A stretch of DNA of 64,000 nt from a bacterium (GTDB lineage Bacteria > Bdellovibrionota_C > UBA2361 > CALJRW01). The stretch covers positions 32,001 through 96,000 of the forward strand of contig JANNBC010000025.1 in NCBI GenBank assembly GCA_031385045.1, read 5' to 3'. Made by a program: the position numbers and the translations under genes. The stretch's first letter is position 1. Every line of letters begins with the position of its first letter. The notes beneath the pieces were generated by a model. It worked only from the letters and a program-made list of their open reading frames with translations, made no database searches and was not told where the DNA came from. Shown piece by piece: positions 49,852 to 58,656 of the stretch.

Positions 49852-50360
49852 ATGAGATTAACTATAAAAATACTTGTTATTGCTATCGCCACCCTAGCAA
49901 CTTCCTGTGGACCTACTTATCAAACTACCTACTCATATTCTCCACCTGAGGATGCTTTAGCGAGTATCTGTATTAATCAATGTGTAAGTATTCAACAACA
50001 GTGTGTCAGCGAGCAGGAACAACTTTATCAAAACTGTGAAAATAGAGCGGCTTTAAATTATAATAAACCCAGCGTCCTTCATTTTTGAAAAAAATGACGA
50101 GCGGAGGGTTAATTTGCAAATCATCCAAACGTTACGCTTATAATTATTCTAAAAAGCGCTTGGATTGTGTAGCTAACTGTTATTGTTCAAAACCTTACTG
50201 CCCAAATGCGAATATTCAAGGTTGCACGCAAAGACATAATTCATGCTACCTTAGTTGTGGAGGAGCGATAGTGTCAACAACTCAATGTAGCAGCAATTGT
50301 GATCAGGCCGAACTGCCCAAAACCGAAATTTTACGAGGTGCAAAAATTCCGAGTAAATAA
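49852..50360 (+). pseudogene. Cys-rich lipoprotein gene split by a ~47-bp palindromic insertion
   Basis: Lipobox LATSC; both halves Cys-rich; deleting 50065-50111 fuses them in frame (153 aa). Confidence 0.6.
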
Positions 50361-50439
50361 GTTAGGTACTAGGGGATATTGAAAATTACCGTCAAGCTTA
50401 TTCCATGTAAATAAACTTTCCTGAATAATCTTCTAAAAA

Positions 50440-50809
50440 TTAAGTAATAAAGTGACAGGTAATTCCTGTTGACTGTGCTCTGATAAAATTTTGGATATCA
50501 TCTAAGTTTAAGTTAGGCATTATATGTCGAACACGGAATTGAATCTCTGATGAATTCCCTGTTGAAAAACCAATACAGGCATAGTGCTGCTCAGAGTTAT
50601 ATGCCACTCCAATTTTATCTAACTCTTCCTCTAAGCTTAAAGCGATTAAGGCATGCGATGAGTTATTAAATCTAATAATAACGACACCCTCTACCTGACT
50701 TACTAAAAATGCCTGTGTCTTATTTTCTAGATAAGGTCCGATAAATAGGAATACTTTTTAGTTTATCAACGATAGCTGTATTCTTAGCTTTTTCAGAAAA
50801 CATATTCAT
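50440..50809 (-). pseudogene. Possible frameshifted gene remnant
   Basis: About 105 stop-free codons (50757 to 50440), reachable by a +1 shift at an A-run from an ATG ORF starting at 50809. Confidence 0.3.
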
Positions 50810-51001
50810 ATTTCGTCTCTAGTAATGCTCAAAGCTTTTGCCTGGATCTCAGCAAATCTTGATCGAAGCCTGCAAAAAATCGTCAATTTGAATCGGGCAA
50901 TTTTGCAAGATAAAGCAATTCAAAATCATTAAAGTTAAAATTGTAACATAGCATCAACTCAGTCAAATTACCGTTAAAGAGATCTTAAGATTTAGATAAA
51001 A

Positions 51002-51037
51002 AAAATGCTCATAGTCCCGAAGAACTATGAGCATTTT
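51002..51037 (-). terminator. Rho-independent terminator of the RRM gene
   Basis: aaaatgctcatagt-cccgaaga-actatgagcatttt, followed by a U-run on the minus strand. Confidence 0.75.
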
Positions 51038-51057
51038 ATTAGTTAGTGGTAACTAGA

Positions 51058-51507
51058 TTAATATCTAGAATTTCCACCACGGTCACCACCGCGACCGCCA
51101 CCGCCACCGCCGCGAGAACCGCCACGGTCTCCGCCACGATCGCCGCCACGGCCACCGCCGCCGCCAGAACCGCCACCACGGTAACCACCGCCGCCACCGC
51201 GACTGTCGCCACCACGGCCACCACCACCACCGCCACCGAATGAGCGACGAGGACGGTTTTCACCTTCTTCACGAGGACGAGCTTCGTTTACTGTAATGTT
51301 ACGGCCTTCAACTTCTACACCGTTCATAGCTTCGATTGCTGCTTCCATTTGGTCATCAGGAACTTCAACAAATCCAAAACCGCGAGAGCGATCTGAGAAT
51401 TTATCTACGATGACGTTAGCTGAAGAGGGATTGAACTCTTCGAACAAGTCTCTAAGTTGATCCGAGTCAACTGAATGAGGCAAGTTTCCAATAAATAGTT
51501 TTTTCAT
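51058..51507 (-). CDS. RRM RNA-binding protein with Gly/Arg-rich tail
   Basis: KLFIGNL (RNP2), RGFGFVE (RNP1), ITVNEARPRE, RGG repeats. Confidence 0.95.
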   Translation of the reverse strand: MKKLFIGNLPHSVDSDQLRDLFEEFNPSSANVIVDKFSDRSRGFGFVEVPDDQMEAAIEAMNGVEVEGRNITVNEARPREEGENRPRRSFGGGGGGGRGGDSRGGGGGYRGGGSGGGGGRGGDRGGDRGGSRGGGGGGRGGDRGGNSRY

Positions 51508-51960
51508 AATTACTTTTAATTAAATGTTAGACTCTATACGATTCTATATCTTGAGAAAAATTCGATATTTATTGGAATTTCCTAGGATCCTGACTAAGCC
51601 TGAATGTAATTGATACCAGAGATAAAAGATCTATTCTGATGACTGACATTTGTAGCGAATAAGGGACTGATAAAGAACAGTAAAAAGTGTTTCTATGGAC
51701 AAGTATACTATTAACTAATTCAGTAGTCAATTTACTGAATATTAATAGTAAGATAGTAGTCTTAGGAAATGTTTCTATTGGATAAACTGGGGTAGTTTAC
51801 TTCGCTGAACCAAGTAGCTATCTTTGCTAATAACTGGTTAATTTCATTAAAATAGCTAGTTCAATGCGTACTTTTGATAGTTTTAGAGAAATTACCTATA
51901 TATCCTAAGGGAGTCTTTTACATAGACTCTTTTCTTTACCTTATTTACCGGAACTTACGT

Positions 51961-52638
51961 TTGAAAATATTTAATTTGATCTTTGCCGTTCTTTTAGCAA
52001 ATCTGACTTATGCTGAGTCATTTATTTGTAATAAAGACGTAACGGATGGCAATTCTCGCTTGGAATCCCTACAGAAATCCTATCAAAATGTTTTGACTTT
52101 AGAGGCAGACTTTACTCAAAGATCCTATCTTTCCGCATTACAAGTAGAAGAGCAAAGCTCTGGTCGTTTGTGGCTGGAAAAACCAGGCCTGATGAAATGG
52201 CATTACCAGCAACCAGAGGAGTATTATTATTTAATTAAAGAGCAAACATTTACCCAATACTTGCCACTTGATCAGCAGGTCACTATTAACAATTTCGGAG
52301 AAGTGACTTTGTCTGATTTACCAACAAGTTTTCTAATGGGGCTAGGTGAACTTAAGCAGGACTTTAACTTGGATCGAGCTTGTTGGAATTCAAATCAAGA
52401 AATTATCTTATCCATGTCACCTAAGGAACGGAAGACACAAGATGCCGGACTTTCCAAGTTGAACCTATTGGTGAAAAAAACAGATTCTTCTTTGATCGGA
52501 GCACAGATTATAGATTTGACGGATAATGTCACAGAGATTAAATTATCTGAGTTGAAGATTAATCAAGATTTTAAAGCTAGCATCTTCACATTAAATTACC
52601 CTAACGATACTTTCATTAATGACAACCGAGCAAAATAA
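51961..52638 (+). CDS. lolA: Outer-membrane lipoprotein carrier
   Basis: ADFTQ, SSGRLWLEKPGLMKWHY..P, Y.P..QQV; signal peptide from TTG at 51961. Confidence 0.85.
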   Translation: MKIFNLIFAVLLANLTYAESFICNKDVTDGNSRLESLQKSYQNVLTLEADFTQRSYLSALQVEEQSSGRLWLEKPGLMKWHYQQPEEYYYLIKEQTFTQYLPLDQQVTINNFGEVTLSDLPTSFLMGLGELKQDFNLDRACWNSNQEIILSMSPKERKTQDAGLSKLNLLVKKTDSSLIGAQIIDLTDNVTEIKLSELKINQDFKASIFTLNYPNDTFINDNRAK

Positions 52639-53392
52639 AAAATTTCCTAGAATTGGTATTTTTATTATCAATTATAATGCTGTAAATTTGTTAACAAAAA
52701 CTATCTCTCGTATTCCGAAGGAGCTTTACGATCAAGTAGAAGAGATTTATGTGATCGATGATTGCAGTAAGGATAATTCCTATTACGCGGCCTTAGGATA
52801 TAAATTAGAGCATCAAATAGATAAGTTAACGGTGATGCGAAATGAGACTAATCAGGGTTACGGTGGAAATCAGAAGAAGGGTTATCAGTATGCCATTGAT
52901 CGTGGCCTTGATATTGTAGCCTTAGTTCATGGAGATGGGCAGTATGCTCCTGAGGTGTTAGGAGATCTTTTGGAACCATTAATCAAAAAGCAAGCTGCCG
53001 CAGTTTTTGGTTCTCGAATGTCAACTGCTGGTGCGGCGCTTAAGGGTGGCATGCCTTATTATAAGTATGTTGGAAATAAGATTTTAACCAACATTCAAAA
53101 TAAACTATCCGGTTTAAATTTAAGTGAATATCATTCGGGTTATCGTCTATATTCAGTCGATGCCTTGAAACAAATCCCGTTTAATGGTTTTACTAATAAC
53201 TGGCATTTTGATACTCAAATTTTATTATCGATTGCTGAGCGAGACCTGTTAATTAAAGAGCTACCGATTCCTACCTATTATGGAGATGAGATCTGTCACG
53301 TTAATGGTATTCCTTATGCTTTAAACTGTATAAAAACCACTTATCGTTTTTATAAAAACCGTCAAGCAGGCAAATTAACTTACCCAAACTAA
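52619..53392 (+). CDS. Glycosyltransferase family 2
   Basis: IDDCSKD, NQGYGGNQK, HGDGQY, GSRM, EYHSGYRLY, IPTYYGDE. Confidence 0.92.
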   Translation: MTTEQNKKFPRIGIFIINYNAVNLLTKTISRIPKELYDQVEEIYVIDDCSKDNSYYAALGYKLEHQIDKLTVMRNETNQGYGGNQKKGYQYAIDRGLDIVALVHGDGQYAPEVLGDLLEPLIKKQAAAVFGSRMSTAGAALKGGMPYYKYVGNKILTNIQNKLSGLNLSEYHSGYRLYSVDALKQIPFNGFTNNWHFDTQILLSIAERDLLIKELPIPTYYGDEICHVNGIPYALNCIKTTYRFYKNRQAGKLTYPN

Positions 53393-53489
53393 TCTGCATT
53401 ATTCCACGTTGCCGCGCTTTTTCTGTTGCCTAATATCCCAAGCTTATTTAAGCTAATGTTTTGATTCAATTAAGAAGGATTTATCAGAC

Positions 53490-54218
53490 GTGAATAATTA
53501 TAATCTTGAAATTTTAAATCCTGCGGATTTTGATCCTGCAGTAGCTGATGAAATCATTGCTGCGATGAATGATTGTATTAGTGAAAAAGATGTTTGCAAT
53601 TTAGTTTTAGCTGGGGGCAAGACTCCGGCTGGTATTTATCGTTTGCTATCAAGGCCTCCTCGGTCTCAAAGTGTGGATTGGTCGAAGGTTCGTATCTTTT
53701 GGAGTGATGAACGGTTTGTTCCACTAGAAAGTCATAGTAGTAATTTTAATTTGGTTTCGGAAACTTTATTGACTAATGTAAAGATTCCTGGCGCAAATAT
53801 TTTTTCATTTAATACCAGTCTTGCTTCGGCTCGCGAAGTTGCAGAAGACTTTTCTAAGCGAGCGCGTGAACTATTTGCTTTGTCGGCAGGAGAGTTACCA
53901 GTCTTTGATATCGTATTATTAGGTGTGGGCGAAGACGGCCATACTGCTTCTATTTTCCCAGGGGATCCTGTTGCTCAATCTGCGAAGGAGATTGCTATTG
54001 CCGTGGATAATGGCACAGAGATTAAGGATCGTATCAGTTTAACCTTGGGGACATTAAGTCAGAGCCAAAGAATTTATTTTATTGTTCGAGGGAAGAACAA
54101 GGCGGATATTGTGAAAGAAGTTTTGCAGAAAGATAATTATCCAGCATCTTTCTTTAAACAGTCCTCGGCTAAAGTAACCTGGTTTTTGGATGCCGAAGCG
54201 GCCTCTGATTTACCTTAA
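53490..54218 (+). CDS. pgl: 6-phosphogluconolactonase
   Basis: LAGGKTP, FWSDERFVP, SNF, LGVGEDGHTASIFP, RISLT. Confidence 0.93.
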   Translation: MNNYNLEILNPADFDPAVADEIIAAMNDCISEKDVCNLVLAGGKTPAGIYRLLSRPPRSQSVDWSKVRIFWSDERFVPLESHSSNFNLVSETLLTNVKIPGANIFSFNTSLASAREVAEDFSKRARELFALSAGELPVFDIVLLGVGEDGHTASIFPGDPVAQSAKEIAIAVDNGTEIKDRISLTLGTLSQSQRIYFIVRGKNKADIVKEVLQKDNYPASFFKQSSAKVTWFLDAEAASDLP

Positions 54219-54230
54219 AAATTATCATTC

Positions 54231-54812
54231 ATGAAAAAATTATCATTCCTTATTATCTTATTTGTTAGCTTTAACTGCTTTGCTTCTGATAATCCTGAGG
54301 CTCGAGTGGAAGCGATGATCACCCGTGTTAAGCAAGAAAAATCAATGCAACCAACATTAGACTTTGTACATTGGGAAACTGCTTTTAAGGAGCTTGGCGC
54401 AGAAGAAAAAAAAATGTTTGGTGTGACATCTCCCGATGAATTGAAGTTAAAGCTTTCTGGGTTCTTAAGAGATCCTAGTTTGTTTATTAAGCAACAATTA
54501 AAGATTCAATTAGGTGCTCAAAATTTACCGCCAGAGCAAATGCAGATGTTTGAGTCAATTATGGAATCACAAATTTCTGGAATCAAACAACAGATGGATT
54601 CAGAGATTAGTCGTTTGATTAATTCTCAGCATGTAATTCATGGTAGTAACATTATTGGAAATCTAGCCACTGTCGACGTGGAATTTATTTCACCAACAGC
54701 GACTAGTCGTGATAATCTTAATCTGCATTTAGTTGACGATCAGTGGTGGATCTCTTTAAAGGAATTACAAAATAAAAGTAGTCTGGGCGCTGGAAATGCG
54801 TTAGCTAAATAG
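54231..54812 (+). CDS. Hypothetical secreted protein
   Basis: Signal peptide MKKLSFLIILFVSFNCFA. Confidence 0.7.
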   Translation: MKKLSFLIILFVSFNCFASDNPEARVEAMITRVKQEKSMQPTLDFVHWETAFKELGAEEKKMFGVTSPDELKLKLSGFLRDPSLFIKQQLKIQLGAQNLPPEQMQMFESIMESQISGIKQQMDSEISRLINSQHVIHGSNIIGNLATVDVEFISPTATSRDNLNLHLVDDQWWISLKELQNKSSLGAGNALAK

Positions 54813-54864
54813 ATTTCACAAAGAAAATATTCTTTATTTTGATCACTAAATTTCAAGCTGTTTT

Positions 54865-55620
54865 ATGAAAGTTGCAATCATCTCCTCAGGAAGTAAGGCA
54901 AACTGTGCCTATATAGAACATGATGGGGAAGCAATTTTAATTGATTGTGGACTTACTGCCAAAGAGTGTCGCCGAAGATTAGATGAACTTAAAATTGATG
55001 CCTGTAAAATAAAAGCAATCCTTCTAACACATGAACACAGTGATCATTTACGTGGAGTCTCTGTACTTAGTCGGCAGTTATCTGTTCCAGTTTTTGCTAA
55101 TCTTAGTACAGGCAAGTTTGTCCAAAATGTATATGCCCTAGAAAATTTTATGACTGGAGAAGATTTTCAGTATAAAAATTTTGAAATTTATCCTTTTAGT
55201 GTCGTTCATGATGCGGTGGATCCTGTTGGATTCTCAATTATTGCTGGTAACTCCAAATATACTCAAGCGACAGATTTGGGAAGAGTCACGAATATTGTTA
55301 AGCAGGCCGCTAAAGACAGTGATTTTTTATTACTAGAATCTAATTATGATCAGCAGATGCTTCAAGATTGTCAGTATCCCTGGCAATTAAAACAAAGAAT
55401 TAGTTCTGCTCATGGACATTTGAGCAATGAGGATGCTTCATTGTTTTTATCCGAATTACAGGCTCCTAACCTAAAGCACGTTGTTTTAGGTCATTTAAGT
55501 GAAAATAGTAATCAGCCTAATTTGGCAATAAAAGCCGCCTCTGAGTTTAATGATTTAGGCAAGTATCATAGTTTCTTGTGTGGAACGATTGCTAATAGCC
55601 TAGATTTAGTCACTTTTTAG
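54865..55620 (+). CDS. MBL-fold metallo-hydrolase (YycJ/WalJ-like)
   Basis: SSGSKAN, LIDCG, THEHSDH, HDA.DP, TDLG, ESNYD, GHLSN, GHLSENSN. Confidence 0.92.
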   Translation: MKVAIISSGSKANCAYIEHDGEAILIDCGLTAKECRRRLDELKIDACKIKAILLTHEHSDHLRGVSVLSRQLSVPVFANLSTGKFVQNVYALENFMTGEDFQYKNFEIYPFSVVHDAVDPVGFSIIAGNSKYTQATDLGRVTNIVKQAAKDSDFLLLESNYDQQMLQDCQYPWQLKQRISSAHGHLSNEDASLFLSELQAPNLKHVVLGHLSENSNQPNLAIKAASEFNDLGKYHSFLCGTIANSLDLVTF

Positions 55621-55683
55621 CAGAAGCTAATTACTCTATAATCGCATCTATAAACTAATTAATTGCTTTTTATATCTTTACGT

Positions 55684-56700
55684 ATGAATTCTAGTTTGGA
55701 TAAAACTACCTTAACCAGCAGTCCGATTCATCTCAGTCGTTTTGATTTAATTAAAACTTTGGGAGAAGGAGCTGTTGGAGCTGTCTATCTAGTCCGTGAC
55801 CGAGAACGAGGCAATCAAGAAGTTGCTCTTAAGACTTTAGTCAATGAAATTGATTTAGATGAAAATACCTATCAACGTTTCCGTCAGGAAATAAAAATCT
55901 TACAAGAGCTGGATCATCCTAATGTGATTAAAGCCTATGATATAATCGAGAGTGATAGCTATCTATCTTACACCATGGAATATATTAATGGTTCTGATTT
56001 AGGTCAGATCTATACTAATCATAGCTTTAGTGAAATTGAAGTGGAGAGCATTGTTGCTCAGTTATTATCAGCTTTATCTGCTTTGCATAATAAAGGAATT
56101 TGGCACCGAGATATTAAGTTAGAAAATATCATGCTGACCAAGGAAGGAGTGGTTAAATTAGCGGATTTAGGTTTAGTGAAAAATGAATTTAATAAATCCT
56201 TTACTAGAACAGGAGTTTTACTAGGCACTGCCCAGTATATGCCACCAGAGTATGTGAAAGAGTCCCAATATGATGCCCGTGGGGATATCTATGCTGTGGG
56301 TGTGGTTCTTTTTGAAATGTTATCAAATAAAAGAAGATTTCCGAATCTGCCAGGTAATAAAATTGTGGAAAAGCTTTTTAGTTGCGGATTTAAAATACCC
56401 GAAGATGATCTGCTCACCTTCAGTGATAAACAAAAATACATTATTACTAAGGCAACTAACCCCAATATTTTACAGCGCTATCAGACAGCTGAGGAGATGA
56501 TTATTGATTTGGAAAGTAAAGATCTTGGAGATAAGTTAAAGGACTCTAAGATTACTGGTACTCAAGTAAAATCAACAGTTAATTTTCAGCATTTGCAGGG
56601 TTTGAAAAAGAAAAAAAATAAATCTTCGCTGAAGTATGTGCTGATTAGTTTAGTCTCGCTGTTAGTAATTATTGTTTTTGTGTTGCTTTCTTTAAAATAG
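55684..56700 (+). CDS. Ser/Thr protein kinase with C-terminal membrane anchor
   Basis: LGEGAVGAVY, VALK, HRDIKLEN, DLGL, GTAQYMPPE; terminal TM helix. Confidence 0.93.
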   Translation: MNSSLDKTTLTSSPIHLSRFDLIKTLGEGAVGAVYLVRDRERGNQEVALKTLVNEIDLDENTYQRFRQEIKILQELDHPNVIKAYDIIESDSYLSYTMEYINGSDLGQIYTNHSFSEIEVESIVAQLLSALSALHNKGIWHRDIKLENIMLTKEGVVKLADLGLVKNEFNKSFTRTGVLLGTAQYMPPEYVKESQYDARGDIYAVGVVLFEMLSNKRRFPNLPGNKIVEKLFSCGFKIPEDDLLTFSDKQKYIITKATNPNILQRYQTAEEMIIDLESKDLGDKLKDSKITGTQVKSTVNFQHLQGLKKKKNKSSLKYVLISLVSLLVIIVFVLLSLK

Positions 56701-56719
56701 CCGAAATTCTCTTGGTTGT

Positions 56720-57169
56720 TTAGGTAATCCGAGCTAGGTAGTGTCCAATAATACTCGCCCATGGAAGTAAGGCACAGGTGTAGTAAATACCTAGAGCAAA
56801 AACAAAGAAGGGGCGAATTAATCTCATTTTGTTAGATTGAAAAGTAAGAAACAAGATTGCTAAGATTGCTAAACTTTTAGCAATAATAATGGAACCTACT
56901 GGGCCAAAAAGATAAATTGCCTCTCGGATGAAAGCATTTCCTTCTGAATGATTTCCCAGAAACCCAAGTCCTAGTAGGGTAAAGAAACCATCAACGATTT
57001 GACTAAACATTAGTAAGGTCGCAATTATAATAATCTCATTATTAACTGCAGATAATTTAGGAAATAGGATAAAAAAGTGTTGGTTATTAACAGAAAAATG
57101 ATTAAACTTCGGAGAGGTTCTGTTACAAAATTTATTAGCTGAGGAAGCACTGGTGACTAACTGATTCAT
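56720..57169 (-). CDS. DUF5658-like membrane protein
   Basis: QIVDGFFT..G.....EGN, IIAK. Confidence 0.65.
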   Translation of the reverse strand: MNQLVTSASSANKFCNRTSPKFNHFSVNNQHFFILFPKLSAVNNEIIIIATLLMFSQIVDGFFTLLGLGFLGNHSEGNAFIREAIYLFGPVGSIIIAKSLAILAILFLTFQSNKMRLIRPFFVFALGIYYTCALLPWASIIGHYLARIT

Positions 57170-57249
57170 TGTGTTTAACCCTTTTATTTAACCTTACCTT
57201 ACTCTGACGTTGTTTAGTACCAATCATGACTAATTGATAAAATGCTTCT

Positions 57250-58641
57250 ATGAATTTACAAACACCCAGTGATTCTGCTCATCCTCAAGCTGAAATTAGT
57301 TGCTTTGATTTTCTAAAGGCAATTGATTTTGATAGATTTAAAGCGGGCAAAGTGGCTTTTTTGGCGGAAGGCGTGGATTTAGTGGCACAATATCTACCTG
57401 AAAACGGCGCTGTCTTTTCTCCTAGGCCAGCCTTATTGCCCTTAAACTTAGAAGTTCGAGTTGAGGAACGCCAAACATTAGTTCTAGATATTGGTGGTAC
57501 AAGCACCAAGGCTGCGATTCGTTATGTCAAAGACAATCAATATCATTGGAAAAGTTTATTTGAAATTAAGAATGTCGATCTACAGTTATCATGCAAAAAT
57601 CCGAGACAGGCTAGCTTTTCAGATTATTGCCATGTTCTGGCTGATGAAATTTCCAGTAAATTAGGCGATTTAAACCTAAAAAAAGAGTTTGCTCTAGGGG
57701 TTGTTTGGTCTAATGGCTTAGAAAATTATTTTCTAGCAGAAAGCTGGGGAATCGGAGCAAGGGTTTTTAACCGCAAAAACTATGCCAAAAATGAATGGTT
57801 TATTCAAAATCTAAAAGAAGCGGAAGATCTGACACCAAGCTTTTTATCTGCTTTTGAGGGAAAGGGCTTAGCTATCGATCAATTTGTTATTACTAATGAT
57901 ACTCCGGCTACACTTAAAGCTCAAATTGGCGCACAAGCAGGGATGGTTTTATCTACGGGATTAAATATTACTGTTTTACTAAAGCCACAGATTTTAGGTA
58001 TTGAATCGGCAGAGCCATTTATTATCTGCAATTCGGAAATTGGTAATAGTGTCTTAGTTGGAAAACATTTTGCAACTGAGGCCGATTTACTGCCGGCTGG
58101 GAAAGCTGATACAATTGAGCATTTTGCCAGTGGTAAATATTTCCCGATTCTATTTCAAAGTTATCTCTTAGCCGCCGCAAAATTTGGATGTAAAAGCTTG
58201 CAATCATTGGCTGAATATTTAGAGAAAATCCCTGATAGTCTTAGCTTAATTCGTAGTCGAGATCTAAAGGATATAGTTAACGGAACTAATGAATATTTGG
58301 ATGATTCTCCATTGAAGGACTATCTCTTAGAACCTAAAACTAAACAAGCTTTGGCTGAAATTGCCATGTCCTTAATTGAAAGATCTGCGACTATTGGCGC
58401 GATGCTTGGCGCAATCTCAGTGGCAAATATTTTAGATGTTTATCCGCGACCATTGATTGCTTTTGATAGTCGCTTAGCAAGAGAGATGCCTATTTTCTGG
58501 GAAGTTTATCAACAAGAATTAAGTAGTTGCTTACCGGAAGCCAGAGCTATGCTACTCGCACCAATAAAAATATCGGAGAGCCAAGAAATATCTGTACCAA
58601 CTCAAGGCTTAGCGAACACACTTGATTCATTAAAAGTTTAG
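57250..58641 (+). CDS. Hexokinase-family sugar kinase
   Basis: LVLDIGGT, ITNDT, GMVLSTGLN, NSEIGN, IEHFASGKY match hexokinase motifs DLGGT, NDT, GTGTN, NxEWG, EKxxSGxY. Confidence 0.75.
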   Translation: MNLQTPSDSAHPQAEISCFDFLKAIDFDRFKAGKVAFLAEGVDLVAQYLPENGAVFSPRPALLPLNLEVRVEERQTLVLDIGGTSTKAAIRYVKDNQYHWKSLFEIKNVDLQLSCKNPRQASFSDYCHVLADEISSKLGDLNLKKEFALGVVWSNGLENYFLAESWGIGARVFNRKNYAKNEWFIQNLKEAEDLTPSFLSAFEGKGLAIDQFVITNDTPATLKAQIGAQAGMVLSTGLNITVLLKPQILGIESAEPFIICNSEIGNSVLVGKHFATEADLLPAGKADTIEHFASGKYFPILFQSYLLAAAKFGCKSLQSLAEYLEKIPDSLSLIRSRDLKDIVNGTNEYLDDSPLKDYLLEPKTKQALAEIAMSLIERSATIGAMLGAISVANILDVYPRPLIAFDSRLAREMPIFWEVYQQELSSCLPEARAMLLAPIKISESQEISVPTQGLANTLDSLKV

Positions 58642-58656
58642 CAGCTTTGGAGTTGA

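Noticed and set aside
51039..51272. Ala/Val/Thr-rich ORFs and GC-rich repeats suggesting a tandem repeat or CRISPR
   Set aside because: Alternative frames of the Gly-rich RRM tail; no repeat-spacer structure
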